Of a stretch of DNA of 22,233 bases, positions 8,101 through 16,064 are shown piece after piece. The position numbers and the translations under genes are program-made. The DNA is taken from positions 1 to 22,233 of the forward strand of contig JAZDJQ010000019.1 of NCBI GenBank assembly GCA_043803765.1. The letters are read 5' to 3'. Numbering within the stretch: the stretch's first letter is position 1; every line of letters begins with the position of its first letter. A model generated the notes under the pieces. The model was not told where the DNA came from, made no database searches, and was given only the letters and a program-made list of their open reading frames with translations. The DNA is from Candidatus Iainarchaeum sp. Lineage in GTDB: Archaea > Iainarchaeota > Iainarchaeia > Iainarchaeales > VGJJ01.

Positions 8101-8403
8101 CATTCTCCCAATAAAGGAAGTTATCGTCGTGTTACCGAAATAGCAGAAGTTATTGGTGTTATTGATAAGAAGGCGCGGACGCAAACCATTTTTGCTTGGG
8201 ACCCGGTGAAGGATGAAATGCAGCGCACCAATATTCCAATCAAGTATTTTGATCGTCTTGCTTCTTTGACGGGAATGAAAGTGGATGATTTGGAAGTTGA
8301 GTTGAGAAAGCGCGAGCGTTTTCTGCAAAGCCTGATTGATAGGGGTGTGCGTGACATGAATGTTGTTTCTAAGCTTGCCCAGGAATTTTTGGGGGGAAAC
8401 TAG
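5188..8403 (+). CDS. Type IV pilus assembly ATPase (KlbA/CpaF/VirB11 family), intein-containing precursor; about 610 aa after splicing
   Basis: DARLSDGSRVNA, TIRKF, Walker A GGTSSGKTT, Asp box SIEDTSEL, Walker B RPDRIIVGEVR, and His box NTGHDG/SMGTIHA split by the intein. TTG start has GAGGA upstream; ATG 5218 is an alternative start. Confidence 0.95.
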   Translation: MTEDKLLKKRMPSSPDFPTPISPVSATALEIPPAAPGEDVDSLLRKLENLRAMTGNIPSPSSYSTVSSTAIPPIQSLGQLRDPAFRNPEASPASIPSIPSPSPSLTMTGLVQQLRTISEEKNDSTFESRIADRPKTILEEYGQAKIYRVQGEPLPYYWVPVARPTLSERSIINTLKEATTRLISITPYRIRDPEQKRNVYAQQVIDILRSSPELKVPTSKFDFYATAVVSEMVGYGLIDPLVKDDRLEEIMVIGPNVPVFVFHRTYDMMVSNVEFSSDVEIQDLVNRIAREVGRRVDISSPLLDARLSDGSRVNATIPPASVSGSTLTIRKFRADPYSIIDLINYKTISTRVAAFLWLCVDGLMTQPANILISGGTSSGKTTLLNVLCSFIPANERIISIEDTSELNLPLQHWIRLEGRPPGLEGKGEITLDILTKNSLRMRPDRIIVGEVRHDEAFSLFTAMNTGHDGCLTYDTRIPFADGVREIGSFVDEQLEKNNSRKDGEWDVCSVSDSVVTSLDANGKAVRSSVVEARRRPFEGIVYRIQTASGNAITCTGNHPFYQFKDGKMVSIPANRLEEGMSVAVPMRIIRDENVNAPEIEYWSGLLHGDGHIADRERVRVKNGKSYRTNDGEVSLYSEEGEIIPSFRSFIDGVLNNPHQRTVLPRPEKGCFEVHVSGHARAQKMQELLHMSSGSRLQSMMDNHHFVSSLREFVAGFFDAEGHVDLNNNALVFTCANEYYIDFFRYALWTEGILSRKYETKSNGDNWYRLYVYGLENVRKFASIYPIRYPAKIQKLNQLVSSTATPNTNVDVIPCNHIISILLGAAKEKGYSRRAIARRAGISQGLLQFIVHNKRMPSRKTVCALSGALESIGVDASLLSKLSSSDTGWDPIVSIHSYPYLGFVYDFTLNEKIESGLVPHNFVAEGFLVGNSMGTIHANSAAETLVRVTSPPMSVPEVMLSGLNFVIVENLFHSPNKGSYRRVTEIAEVIGVIDKKARTQTIFAWDPVKDEMQRTNIPIKYFDRLASLTGMKVDDLEVELRKRERFLQSLIDRGVRDMNVVSKLAQEFLGGN
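6595..7977 (+). mobile_element. Intein (461 aa) with a LAGLIDADG homing endonuclease and an HTH insertion, at the KlbA site
   Basis: Block A CLTYDTRI, block B CTGNHPF, LAGLIDADG motifs WSGLLHGDG (6991-7017) and FVAGFFDAEG (7321-7350), blocks F/G VYDFTL...HNFVAEGFLVGN, then +1 Ser. Removing it restores a contiguous His box. Confidence 0.95.
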
Positions 8404-8406
8404 TTC

Positions 8407-9612
8407 ATGGCCGACGTTTTGAAGAATATTCGCACGCGTATTGAAGAGGAAAAAGATACTTCTACTATGCGTAATGTTCCTTCTGCTCCAGCGGAGAAGG
8501 TTTCGGACCTTTCGGATAAAGATATTGAGTTCATTGTGGAGCGCATGAAAAAGAAATATCGTGCAGAGGGGATGGAATTTAATGAGGTGGAGGGAAAGCT
8601 GGGCGAATTAAGGGACATTATTTCCGGGTCTGAAAAAAAGGGGATTGATGTTCAAAGCATTGATGCCTTGCGTGAAGGAAAAAATGCTTTTGTTCGAGTG
8701 TTAGGTCATCTGCATGCCGCTCTTCATGGCCCCTTTGAGTCGCTTGGTAAATTGATTGAGCGGTTTCCCCAGATGCGTACGTTGAATTATTATTTGTACA
8801 GTGCCAACATGCCTTATTCTAATAAGCAATGGGTAGCGATTCTTTCCGTTGTTTCGGTCATTGTTTTTGTTCTCACTTTTTCATTTGGCGAATTATTCTT
8901 TCTTGTTCTTCGTTATATTGCCAATGAGCGTGGAACGGTTCTTACTCCTTTGATGGTAACATTGAGTTACATTTTTCCTCTTCTTCTTGCATTCTTTTTT
9001 TGGCTTTTGACTATTGTGGTGGGGTTTCTTATTCCTTCATCCAATGCTCAGAAGCGCGGTGAGGCCTGCGGGAGCGAGCTTCCTTTTGCATTGCGTCATA
9101 TGGCTACTGAGTTGCGTGCTGGAATTGGTTTGTATAAAACGATTCAAACGATTGCTAAGGCGGATTATGGTGTTCTTTCTGAGGAATTTTCCCGCACTAT
9201 TTCCGAGATTGAGGAGGGAACGGATACGAAGGATGCGCTTCGTCATTTTGCCGCGCGCACGCAATCCCGTCCTCTTTCAAATGCATTGCGTCATATTATT
9301 CGTGCGTTGCGCACGGGTGGAAATTTGTCGGATATTATGGGGACAATTGCTTCGGATGTGAGTTTTGACCTTCGTATGCGTGTGCGTGATTACTCGGAGC
9401 GGCTTAATTTTTTTGGGGTTATTTTTATTTTTATGGGAATTGTCATGCCTGTTTTTGTGGGGGTATTGGCGGCTATTGCGAATAGTGGTCTTCCATTAGG
9501 TATGAGTCTTCCGATTACTCCTCCTTTAGTTTTAGCATTTTATTTTGGGATTATGCCTTTGCTCTTGGGAATGCTGGCATACTATTTGTTTATTTCCCAG
9601 CCGAGGGTGTGA
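8407..9612 (+). CDS. Type II secretion system F / TadB-TadC family pilus platform protein
   Basis: ELPFALRHMATELRAGIG, YGVLSEEFSR and RALRTGGNL motifs with TM pairs; directly follows the ATPase. Confidence 0.92.
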   Translation: MADVLKNIRTRIEEEKDTSTMRNVPSAPAEKVSDLSDKDIEFIVERMKKKYRAEGMEFNEVEGKLGELRDIISGSEKKGIDVQSIDALREGKNAFVRVLGHLHAALHGPFESLGKLIERFPQMRTLNYYLYSANMPYSNKQWVAILSVVSVIVFVLTFSFGELFFLVLRYIANERGTVLTPLMVTLSYIFPLLLAFFFWLLTIVVGFLIPSSNAQKRGEACGSELPFALRHMATELRAGIGLYKTIQTIAKADYGVLSEEFSRTISEIEEGTDTKDALRHFAARTQSRPLSNALRHIIRALRTGGNLSDIMGTIASDVSFDLRMRVRDYSERLNFFGVIFIFMGIVMPVFVGVLAAIANSGLPLGMSLPITPPLVLAFYFGIMPLLLGMLAYYLFISQPRV

Positions 9613-9633
9613 ATACAGGATGGTTGAACGCAT

Positions 9634-10563
9634 ATGGTGAACATGTTTGAACGGAAGGCGCCCTTGGAAATGTACGCATACTATATGCAGCAGGCTAATT
9701 TGGATGTTCCTCCTTTGCTTTGGTTAGCGGGTTCTTTTCTTGCAGGAATTGCGGCGGGATTGTTCACTTTTTTTGGTTTGGCATTATTGAAAATTAATGA
9801 GCCTCTTATTGGTGCTCTTGCGTTTGCTATTGTAACAGATGTATTGGTTGGTTTTCCTTACATTAAAGGAAAGGCTCGTATTGATTCGATTGAGGAGAAT
9901 CTTCCGGATGCGTTGAAGCAGATTTCGGATACGCTCAAGACGGGTTCGACGTATGAGTATGCATTGCGCGAAGTGGCCGCGTCACAGTATGGTCCGTTAA
10001 CGGAGGAAATGAAGAAAGTGTTGCGCAAGTTGGAAGAAGGCGAGAATTTTGAGAATTCCCTTTTTACGTTGTCGCGTGGTGTTGAATCTCGTCTTGTTAG
10101 GAGAGTTGTTACAATTATTGTGGATACGGTTCGTGCAGGGGCGGCATTGGCGGATATTCTGGATGATATTTCCCAGGATGTGCGGGAGATGAATCGTATT
10201 GCTCAGGAGCGGAAAACGAAGACAGTATTGCAGGTTATTTTTATGCTGGCTGCCGGTGTTATCGTGGCTCCTTTTATTTTTGGTTTGGTTTCTACTATTC
10301 TTGATTTTTTGATTGGGGCTTCCAGTCAGACAGGTGGGTTAGAGGGTGCAAAGTTGCAACAAGTGAAGAACGCACGCGACCTTATTATCTTTGGAGTGAA
10401 AGGATACGTCTTTGTTATCGCAGTTTCGGCGGCGGCGATGATTGGGATTATGCGGGACGGGAAGCTATCCAAAAGCCTTATATACCTCCCTTTGTTGCTT
10501 ATGGTCGCTTACGCAGTATTCTATCTATCGCAGTTTGCGGTTGGGATGCTGGTGGGAATGTAA
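9634..10563 (+). CDS. Second type II secretion system F / TadC family pilus platform protein
   Basis: IEENLPDALKQI, YGPLTEEM and GAALADIL motifs with multiple TM helices. Confidence 0.92.
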   Translation: MVNMFERKAPLEMYAYYMQQANLDVPPLLWLAGSFLAGIAAGLFTFFGLALLKINEPLIGALAFAIVTDVLVGFPYIKGKARIDSIEENLPDALKQISDTLKTGSTYEYALREVAASQYGPLTEEMKKVLRKLEEGENFENSLFTLSRGVESRLVRRVVTIIVDTVRAGAALADILDDISQDVREMNRIAQERKTKTVLQVIFMLAAGVIVAPFIFGLVSTILDFLIGASSQTGGLEGAKLQQVKNARDLIIFGVKGYVFVIAVSAAAMIGIMRDGKLSKSLIYLPLLLMVAYAVFYLSQFAVGMLVGM

Positions 10564-10564
10564 T

Positions 10565-10732
10565 ATGTTAGTAACTGAGAACCGTGGTCAGGTCGGAATA
10601 GAAGTATTAGTGGGGATTGTGATCACGGTGGTGGTTGCTACTGTTGCGGCTCTCATCATGAAGGGACTGTATAGTTCCGTCCAACCCAATGTTGCGGGTC
10701 AGACGAATACGGTGGTAAATACCATTGTTTAA
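10565..10732 (+). CDS. Micro-pilin 1, class III signal peptide, 55 aa
   Basis: MLVTENRG/QVGIEVLVGIVI: RG cleavage site, Gln+1, Glu+5 and a hydrophobic helix. Start re-assigned to ATG 10565. Confidence 0.85.
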   Translation: MLVTENRGQVGIEVLVGIVITVVVATVAALIMKGLYSSVQPNVAGQTNTVVNTIV

Positions 10733-10748
10733 CCAGAGGAGGGAACGT

Positions 10749-10922
10749 ATGGATAATCGAGGACAAGGAGCGTTGGAGTATCTCTTGTTGATCGGGGGTG
10801 CAGTGCTCATTGCGACAATTGTGTTGTTGATCATCATTGGTTCGGCGAACCAGACGGATAACATTATCGATGAAAATCTGAACACATTTAAGAACAATAT
10901 CGGCGTACACGTAATCAATTAA
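10749..10922 (+). CDS. Micro-pilin 2, class III signal peptide, 57 aa; candidate major pilin
   Basis: MDNRG/QGALEYLLLIGG; strong SD GGAGGG upstream; N-glycosylation sequon NQT. Confidence 0.9.
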   Translation: MDNRGQGALEYLLLIGGAVLIATIVLLIIIGSANQTDNIIDENLNTFKNNIGVHVIN

Positions 10923-10947
10923 TAGGGTTACGAGGAATTGGATATTC

Positions 10948-11121
10948 ATGGATTCGCGCGCGCAGGTAGCATTGGAGTATCTCCTCACCGTTGCATTCGG
11001 TGTGGTGCTTTCCACGGCTGCCGCGTTGCTCGCATTCCAGGTAGTGTCCATTGCCCAGGTCGCGGAGAAGAATATTGAGCAGTTTCGCCAGGAAACTATT
11101 TTGAGCTTTTTGGGGGAGTAA
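10948..11121 (+). CDS. Micro-pilin 3, class III signal peptide, 57 aa (absent from the ORF track)
   Basis: MDSRA/QVALEYLLTVAFGVVLSTAAALLAFQVVSIAQVAEKNIEQFRQETILSFLGE, read by hand; GAGGA upstream. Confidence 0.88.
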   Translation: MDSRAQVALEYLLTVAFGVVLSTAAALLAFQVVSIAQVAEKNIEQFRQETILSFLGE

Positions 11122-11127
11122 TCCCCC

Positions 11128-12258
11128 ATGTTCCCCCTGGCTTCTTTTCTTTTTTCACTTTTAGGATTAGTCATTGCTTCGTATACGGACTTGCGTTGGC
11201 GTATCGTTCCCAACTATATTCCGTATGCGTTAGGTGGAATGGGTATTGTTTTAGCACTGTATGAATCATTTATTGCTTCTTCTATTGCTCCTTTTTTGTT
11301 AAGCGCAGGGGTGATGGTTGGAACGTATGTTATTGCGTATGTTTTTTGGCGTGCGGGGGCATGGGCGGGTGGAGATGTAAAGCTTTTCACGGGTCTTGCC
11401 GTTCTTAATCCTCTAAATCCTTTTGTATTGGGGTCTTTTTTCAATTTTTCTTTTTTCTTTTTTGGAAAAGAATGGGTTGTTCTTTCTTCTTTTCCTGTTT
11501 TCATGCTTAATCTTTTCATTGTTTCCGTTTTCATGCTCATCCCCTATACGGGTTTTCTTTCTTTGCAGGCGCTTTCTAAAAAAGTGCTTCGAAAAGAATG
11601 GTTGAGTATTACGTGGTCGGCGATTCTTTCTGCAGTGGTGTATGCGTTTACTCTTTCTCTTTTCTCTGCTGTTTTGCAATTTTATTCTCTTCCATTGTGG
11701 GGGGTGATTATTCCTCTTTTGCTGGTGGCATTTTTTCCTCCGCTTGTTAGGTATGGGTTAGCAGGATTTGGGTTGATTTCTATTTTGTCTCATTTTTCCC
11801 CTGTTTCTTCCGTACTGGTTATTTTGGGTGCTTTTCTTTTGTTGAATGTTTTGCGTGCATGGTATGGTTTTGCTCAGCGTCATGTGCTGACCAAAACGAA
11901 GAAAATTACGGAGTTGGAAGATGGGGATATTCCTGGAGAGGCTATTTTTCTTCGGGATGGGAAAATTGTGAGAGAAACACCCTGGTCGTTCCAAACCATT
12001 ATTAAGGCAGGATTGCGACGGGATGCTACGATGCTCATTCGTCTTATTTCTCCTTCTGGGGAAGCGTTGGCCAATCCTCGCCGTGCTGCGGGATTGTATC
12101 CGGATGATATTTTGCGTCTTCAGAAGGAAGTCCATGCAGGTCATCTTGCGGATGAGATAAAAGTGAAGGCTTCTTCTCCTTTTGTTCCGGCCGTATTGTT
12201 AGCGTATGTTTTTCTCTCCTTGTTGGGAGATGGTCCTCTTGCCGGGGTGTTTGGTTAA
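11128..12258 (+). CDS. Prepilin peptidase, A24 family (EppA-like long form)
   Basis: Catalytic aspartates in SYTDLRWRIVPN and WAGGDVKLF; extra TM block; C-terminal ITELEDGDI...PFVPA; located among pilins. Confidence 0.92.
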   Translation: MFPLASFLFSLLGLVIASYTDLRWRIVPNYIPYALGGMGIVLALYESFIASSIAPFLLSAGVMVGTYVIAYVFWRAGAWAGGDVKLFTGLAVLNPLNPFVLGSFFNFSFFFFGKEWVVLSSFPVFMLNLFIVSVFMLIPYTGFLSLQALSKKVLRKEWLSITWSAILSAVVYAFTLSLFSAVLQFYSLPLWGVIIPLLLVAFFPPLVRYGLAGFGLISILSHFSPVSSVLVILGAFLLLNVLRAWYGFAQRHVLTKTKKITELEDGDIPGEAIFLRDGKIVRETPWSFQTIIKAGLRRDATMLIRLISPSGEALANPRRAAGLYPDDILRLQKEVHAGHLADEIKVKASSPFVPAVLLAYVFLSLLGDGPLAGVFG

Positions 12259-12800
12259 TGGGTAATCGTGGTCAGGCGAGTATTGAGTTCATTTTTGTTT
12301 TGCTTTTCATGCTGGTTATTGTTATGGGTATTATTGTTCCATTGGGGCAGAAGTTGCAGCATTCGCTGGATGATGTGGGTCGTGCGGGTTCTGTTGCCAA
12401 AGGGGTTAGTCAGTTTGATTCTGCTTTTCGTATGATGGTAGGTTCGAATAGTGATAGCCGTCAAATTGTGAGTGTTTTTCTTCCAAAAGGTTCTACTTTC
12501 GTTTGCGACCCGGTAAAAAACGATGTGAATATTACGCTTCCTCTTCATCTTAACGTGTTCAATTCGGATGGGAGTGTTCCTTCTTCGTGTATACAATTGC
12601 TTGGGAGTGGGGATTTTCTCATGGAGTGTTCTAAAAAAATTACTCTTCCTCCCAATACGGATTTGCATTGTGGTGGGAGTGGAATAGACGATTATGCTAT
12701 TGAGACGGGCGCGGTTGGGTTTGCTCAATCATTTAGGATTGGGGTAAAATACACGTCTACGATGTTTCCTCCTTATGTGATTGATGTGAATACGGGATAG
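12258..12800 (+). CDS. Minor pilin-like protein, class III signal peptide
   Basis: MGNRG/QASIEFIFVL; 4 Cys; TAATG overlap with the peptidase gene. Confidence 0.85.
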   Translation: MGNRGQASIEFIFVLLFMLVIVMGIIVPLGQKLQHSLDDVGRAGSVAKGVSQFDSAFRMMVGSNSDSRQIVSVFLPKGSTFVCDPVKNDVNITLPLHLNVFNSDGSVPSSCIQLLGSGDFLMECSKKITLPPNTDLHCGGSGIDDYAIETGAVGFAQSFRIGVKYTSTMFPPYVIDVNTG

Positions 12801-12810
12801 GTTTTTTTCC

Positions 12811-13212
12811 ATGGATGCGCGTGCTCAAACCAGTTTGGAATTGCTCATGGTGGTAAGTTTTTCTATTCTGCTTGCTCTTATTATTTCCATTCCTTTCCTT
12901 GAAAATCAGGCGCGTACAAACGCGGGTATTCAAGCAAAACTTGCGGTTCTTCCTTACATTGAGCGGAATACCGAATTGTTGAAAATTTCTTCTATTACTG
13001 CTGAGAAAACAACCCCTGCGGGGACTACTAAACTAACCGTAATGGTTCATACGAAGGGGAAAATAGATAGTGTTATTTCGAACGAGCTTTCTAGTAGTGG
13101 CTGTCTTTCTATCTGCAGTCAAATTAAGTCAGGCGGTTTTTTTGATTCAGTGGATTTTTCTTGGGAAAATGATACGCTTCCGTCAAACGTGTGCAGTATT
13201 CAAAATTGTTGA
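12811..13212 (+). CDS. Minor pilin-like protein, class III signal peptide
   Basis: MDARA/QTSLELLMVV; 4 Cys in the C-terminal part. Confidence 0.85.
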   Translation: MDARAQTSLELLMVVSFSILLALIISIPFLENQARTNAGIQAKLAVLPYIERNTELLKISSITAEKTTPAGTTKLTVMVHTKGKIDSVISNELSSSGCLSICSQIKSGGFFDSVDFSWENDTLPSNVCSIQNC

Positions 13213-13257
13213 TTTTTTTCCCTAGTTTTTAATTCCTTTACTTTTAGTTGAGCGTTC

Positions 13258-13599
13258 ATGTTTCATCGTGGAATGTGGTGGTTTCTTCTCTTGCTTTGTG
13301 TGGGCGTCCTCCTTGAGTGGCATCAATTGCATGCAACGCTTTCCATTTCTTCCATTGATGAAATTTGGTCTCTTCCTTCTTCATCGCGGGTGCAAATAAG
13401 CGGGGTAGTTCGTTCTCTTCATTATTCGGGAACCGCACTTGTGTTTGATTTGGTGAATGGTGGGGAAATTACGTGTTATTTTCGTCGTCCTCCTCCCCAT
13501 TTTCCCTTGTTGAATGGTGATTTTCTTTCTCTGATTGCACGTATTGATTCAACTCCTCGTGGAAAGTTGTGCGTGGTGGAGCGCGTTCTTTCAGTATGA
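13258..13599 (+). CDS. Membrane-anchored OB-fold (nucleic-acid-binding-like) protein
   Basis: N-terminal hydrophobic helix, then an OB-type strand pattern RVQISGVV...LVFDLVNGGEITCYF...LLNGDFLSL; ATGA overlap with the next gene. Confidence 0.6.
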   Translation: MFHRGMWWFLLLLCVGVLLEWHQLHATLSISSIDEIWSLPSSSRVQISGVVRSLHYSGTALVFDLVNGGEITCYFRRPPPHFPLLNGDFLSLIARIDSTPRGKLCVVERVLSV

Positions 13600-14561
13600 T
13601 TCTCATGGGTATTGGTCTCGGTTGTGCGTCTGCTTTTTTTCTTCGTCGTTCCGGTTTTGTTTCTCTTTTTCCTTTTCTTCTTTTGTTTCCTTCTCTTTCT
13701 TCTATTTTGGACTGGTCTTTTTTGATAGGGCTGGTTGGTTTTCTTCTTGCATCCGAGTCTTTTTCTCCATTGGAGAAATTTGTTTTTTCCAGAGATATAT
13801 GGGTTGGTTTTGGTTTGTCTATTTTTGCTCTTTTTAGTATGCGTTTTTTTTCTTTTTTGGTTGATGCAGTGGAACCCTTTCTTGGTTTGGGTTTTGTCTT
13901 GCTTCTTTTTTCTCTATTATTTTTTTCGCATCTTTCATTAAGAGTGCTTCTTCCCGGCGTAGTATTGTGTTTGGTGATGGGTTATTTTGTCTTAGTTCGC
14001 TGGTCTGTTCCTTTTGCTCTTCCTTCATTGCTGCTTGGTTTTTTTGGTTTTTCGTTTACTGGTTTTTTTCCTTCTTCCTCTTCTTCATTTTTCAACTCAT
14101 TGAAAGATGCATTGATTGGGATTGCGGCAGGAATTTTTCCCGGTTTTGGTCCTGGATTGCTTTCTTTTTTCTGGTTCTCAAATAAGTCTTCTCCTTCTCT
14201 TGGCGTTGCTAATCTGGTTTTTAGTATGGGTTATCTTGATATTTCGGGTAACCTTCGTAGTGTTCCTGCTGCCATTCTTGCAGAGGTTTTTTTTCCTTCG
14301 TGGGAGTGGATGGTTCTTTGGCTTTTTTTTGCTGTGTGGATAAGCATGATTCTTCTTTCTTTTTTTCCTTCGCCCAGCGAGTCTTCTATTTTCCTTAGCA
14401 TGAGTATAAGTGTGCTTGTATTATTTCTTTTGGGCGGGGTTATTTCGTTAGGTGTATTTCTTCTTTCTTTTGTTGCCTCTCATCTCTTGCGTGAATGGGG
14501 TCTTTCTCCTTCTCTTGGATTGCTTGTTCTTATTCCTCCTTTGTTGTTTTTCTATGCGTGA
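13596..14561 (+). CDS. Divergent TctA-like (DUF112/COG1784) multi-pass permease
   Basis: Start re-assigned to ATG 13596. Roughly ten hydrophobic segments; LPSLLLGFFGFS and GIAAGIFPGFGPG resemble archaeal TctA-family motifs. Confidence 0.6.
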   Translation: MILMGIGLGCASAFFLRRSGFVSLFPFLLLFPSLSSILDWSFLIGLVGFLLASESFSPLEKFVFSRDIWVGFGLSIFALFSMRFFSFLVDAVEPFLGLGFVLLLFSLLFFSHLSLRVLLPGVVLCLVMGYFVLVRWSVPFALPSLLLGFFGFSFTGFFPSSSSSFFNSLKDALIGIAAGIFPGFGPGLLSFFWFSNKSSPSLGVANLVFSMGYLDISGNLRSVPAAILAEVFFPSWEWMVLWLFFAVWISMILLSFFPSPSESSIFLSMSISVLVLFLLGGVISLGVFLLSFVASHLLREWGLSPSLGLLVLIPPLLFFYA

Positions 14562-14593
14562 TATATATTCTCTTCTCTTTTTTTTATGCATGC

Positions 14594-14965
14594 ATGGCTT
14601 GGACGATTTCTCAATCATTATTGCAAGATCTCATGTCGGCGGCGAAGCGCGTCTATCCGTATGAGTTTATTTCCATGTTGAGTGTGGGAGAAAAAAATGC
14701 GCATCATGTGACTGAATTTGTTGTTCTTCCTGCCGAGTATGGGTTGGTTCATTCTCAATTGCGTTCGGACTTGATTCCCAATGACCCTCTTATTGTTGGA
14801 ACGGTTCATTCTCATCCTTCTCGTTCAACGAGAGCCTCGAATGCGGACAAGAATGTTTTTGCCCGTTTGGGTTCATTTCACTTAATTCTAGGATACCCCT
14901 ACTCTCTTTCTTCTTTTCAAGCATACTCTTCTTTTGGGAATCCTATTTCTGTAAAAGTGGTATAA
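14594..14965 (+). CDS. JAMM/MPN+ (Mov34) metalloprotease
   Basis: YPYEF Glu plus GTVHSHPSRSTRASNAD (HxH-x7-S-x2-D). Start re-assigned to ATG 14594, about 25 nt after TATATAT (14562-14568). Confidence 0.9.
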   Translation: MAWTISQSLLQDLMSAAKRVYPYEFISMLSVGEKNAHHVTEFVVLPAEYGLVHSQLRSDLIPNDPLIVGTVHSHPSRSTRASNADKNVFARLGSFHLILGYPYSLSSFQAYSSFGNPISVKVV

Positions 14966-15016
14966 CACCACTCTTCCTTTGGCAATCATTAAAAGCATCA
15001 ACCCGTTTTCCTTTCC

Positions 15017-15505
15017 ATGCGTTCTACTGGGCAGGCGGCGATTGATTTGCTCCTGGCACTTCTTCTTGTATTGGTGGTGATGGGTGCCTTTGCGGGGGTA
15101 GTAACCTCCTATACTGAAACGCAAAAGCAGATTGGGATTCATCAACAACTTGCAGAGGATGCTATTTTGTTGCGTTTGTTTTTGACGCAGGGTTCGTTTA
15201 TTTATCATGAGGATTTAGTTTATCCTAGTGCTTCTATCAACGAATCAGCCATCAATACTGCTTCTTCCCTCTCAAGTCACACCCCTATTTCTCCTATTCG
15301 TGCATTTGAACACGCGCAGGGGATTGATTGTGCGCTTGATGCGGATTTTGGAAATCAAAACCTTGAACTTACCGTGTTGGGAAGCGATGCAGGTCTTTCA
15401 TCCGATGTGAAAAAATCCCTTTCTTTTTCTACTCCTGCTGGTTTTGAAACCATGTATGATTTTACTCTTCCTGATTGTTTTTCTGCATCATTGGAGGAAA
15501 CCTAA
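15017..15505 (+). CDS. Minor pilin-like protein, class III signal peptide
   Basis: MRSTG/QAAIDLLLALL; Asp+5 and a hydrophobic helix. Confidence 0.8.
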   Translation: MRSTGQAAIDLLLALLLVLVVMGAFAGVVTSYTETQKQIGIHQQLAEDAILLRLFLTQGSFIYHEDLVYPSASINESAINTASSLSSHTPISPIRAFEHAQGIDCALDADFGNQNLELTVLGSDAGLSSDVKKSLSFSTPAGFETMYDFTLPDCFSASLEET

Positions 15506-16062
15506 TGTTTTTTGCTAAAGGACAATTGTGGTCCCTTGATGTGGTACTAGCAGGGGTGGTGTTTACTCTTGCGTTAGGTCTTATTCTTTCTCAAACTGAA
15601 TTGAATATTTTTGCTTCTCAACAAGAACGGAATATGAGGGAGTTGCAGCTTATTGCATATACTGCTTCTAATGCTCTCGTAAGCAAGGTGGATATTGCTC
15701 CTAGTTCAACTGAAAATATTCGCTGCGGTCCCAATTTTAGTTCTTCCGGAACGAATGGTTGGTCGGATGAAGGAGACCTTTCTTGGTTGGAAAATTGTCT
15801 CATTCAAGGAGGCAATATTCCTTCATCCGAGTTAGGTATCCCTGCTGGGTATTCTTTTAATCTTACAGCGGATGTAGGAAGTACTCCAACGAAACTAGGA
15901 GGGGATGCCATTCCCCCTAATGTTTCTTTTGCGAGTGTTCAACGTACACTTCTTCTTTTTGCTTCACAAGTTGGTCCGGATGATTTTCGTGAATGTTTGG
16001 ATGCCGCCTCTTGTTCAGGAACATTAACCACATTTACTTTGTCCGTATGGAGGTCTTCCTGA
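15505..16062 (+). CDS. Minor pilin-like protein
   Basis: Start re-assigned to ATG 15505 (TAATG overlap, SD GGAGG). MFFAKG/QLWSLDVVLAG. Confidence 0.8.
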   Translation: MFFAKGQLWSLDVVLAGVVFTLALGLILSQTELNIFASQQERNMRELQLIAYTASNALVSKVDIAPSSTENIRCGPNFSSSGTNGWSDEGDLSWLENCLIQGGNIPSSELGIPAGYSFNLTADVGSTPTKLGGDAIPPNVSFASVQRTLLLFASQVGPDDFRECLDAASCSGTLTTFTLSVWRSS

Positions 16063-16064
16063 TT

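Noticed and set aside
10442-10564. Extended N-termini given by the track for several ORFs (starts 10442, 10725, 13569, 14495, 15475, 15993, 16346, 1298)
   Set aside because: Downstream ATGs fit SD or TATA spacing, stop-start overlaps and signal-peptide positions better.
10656-11213. 185-aa minus-strand ORF
   Set aside because: Antisense shadow of the pilin genes, which have clear class III signal motifs.
13596-14561. Possible pseudogene or low-complexity non-coding tract
   Set aside because: The frame stays open for 321 codons with a coupled start and retained TctA-like Gly/Pro motifs.
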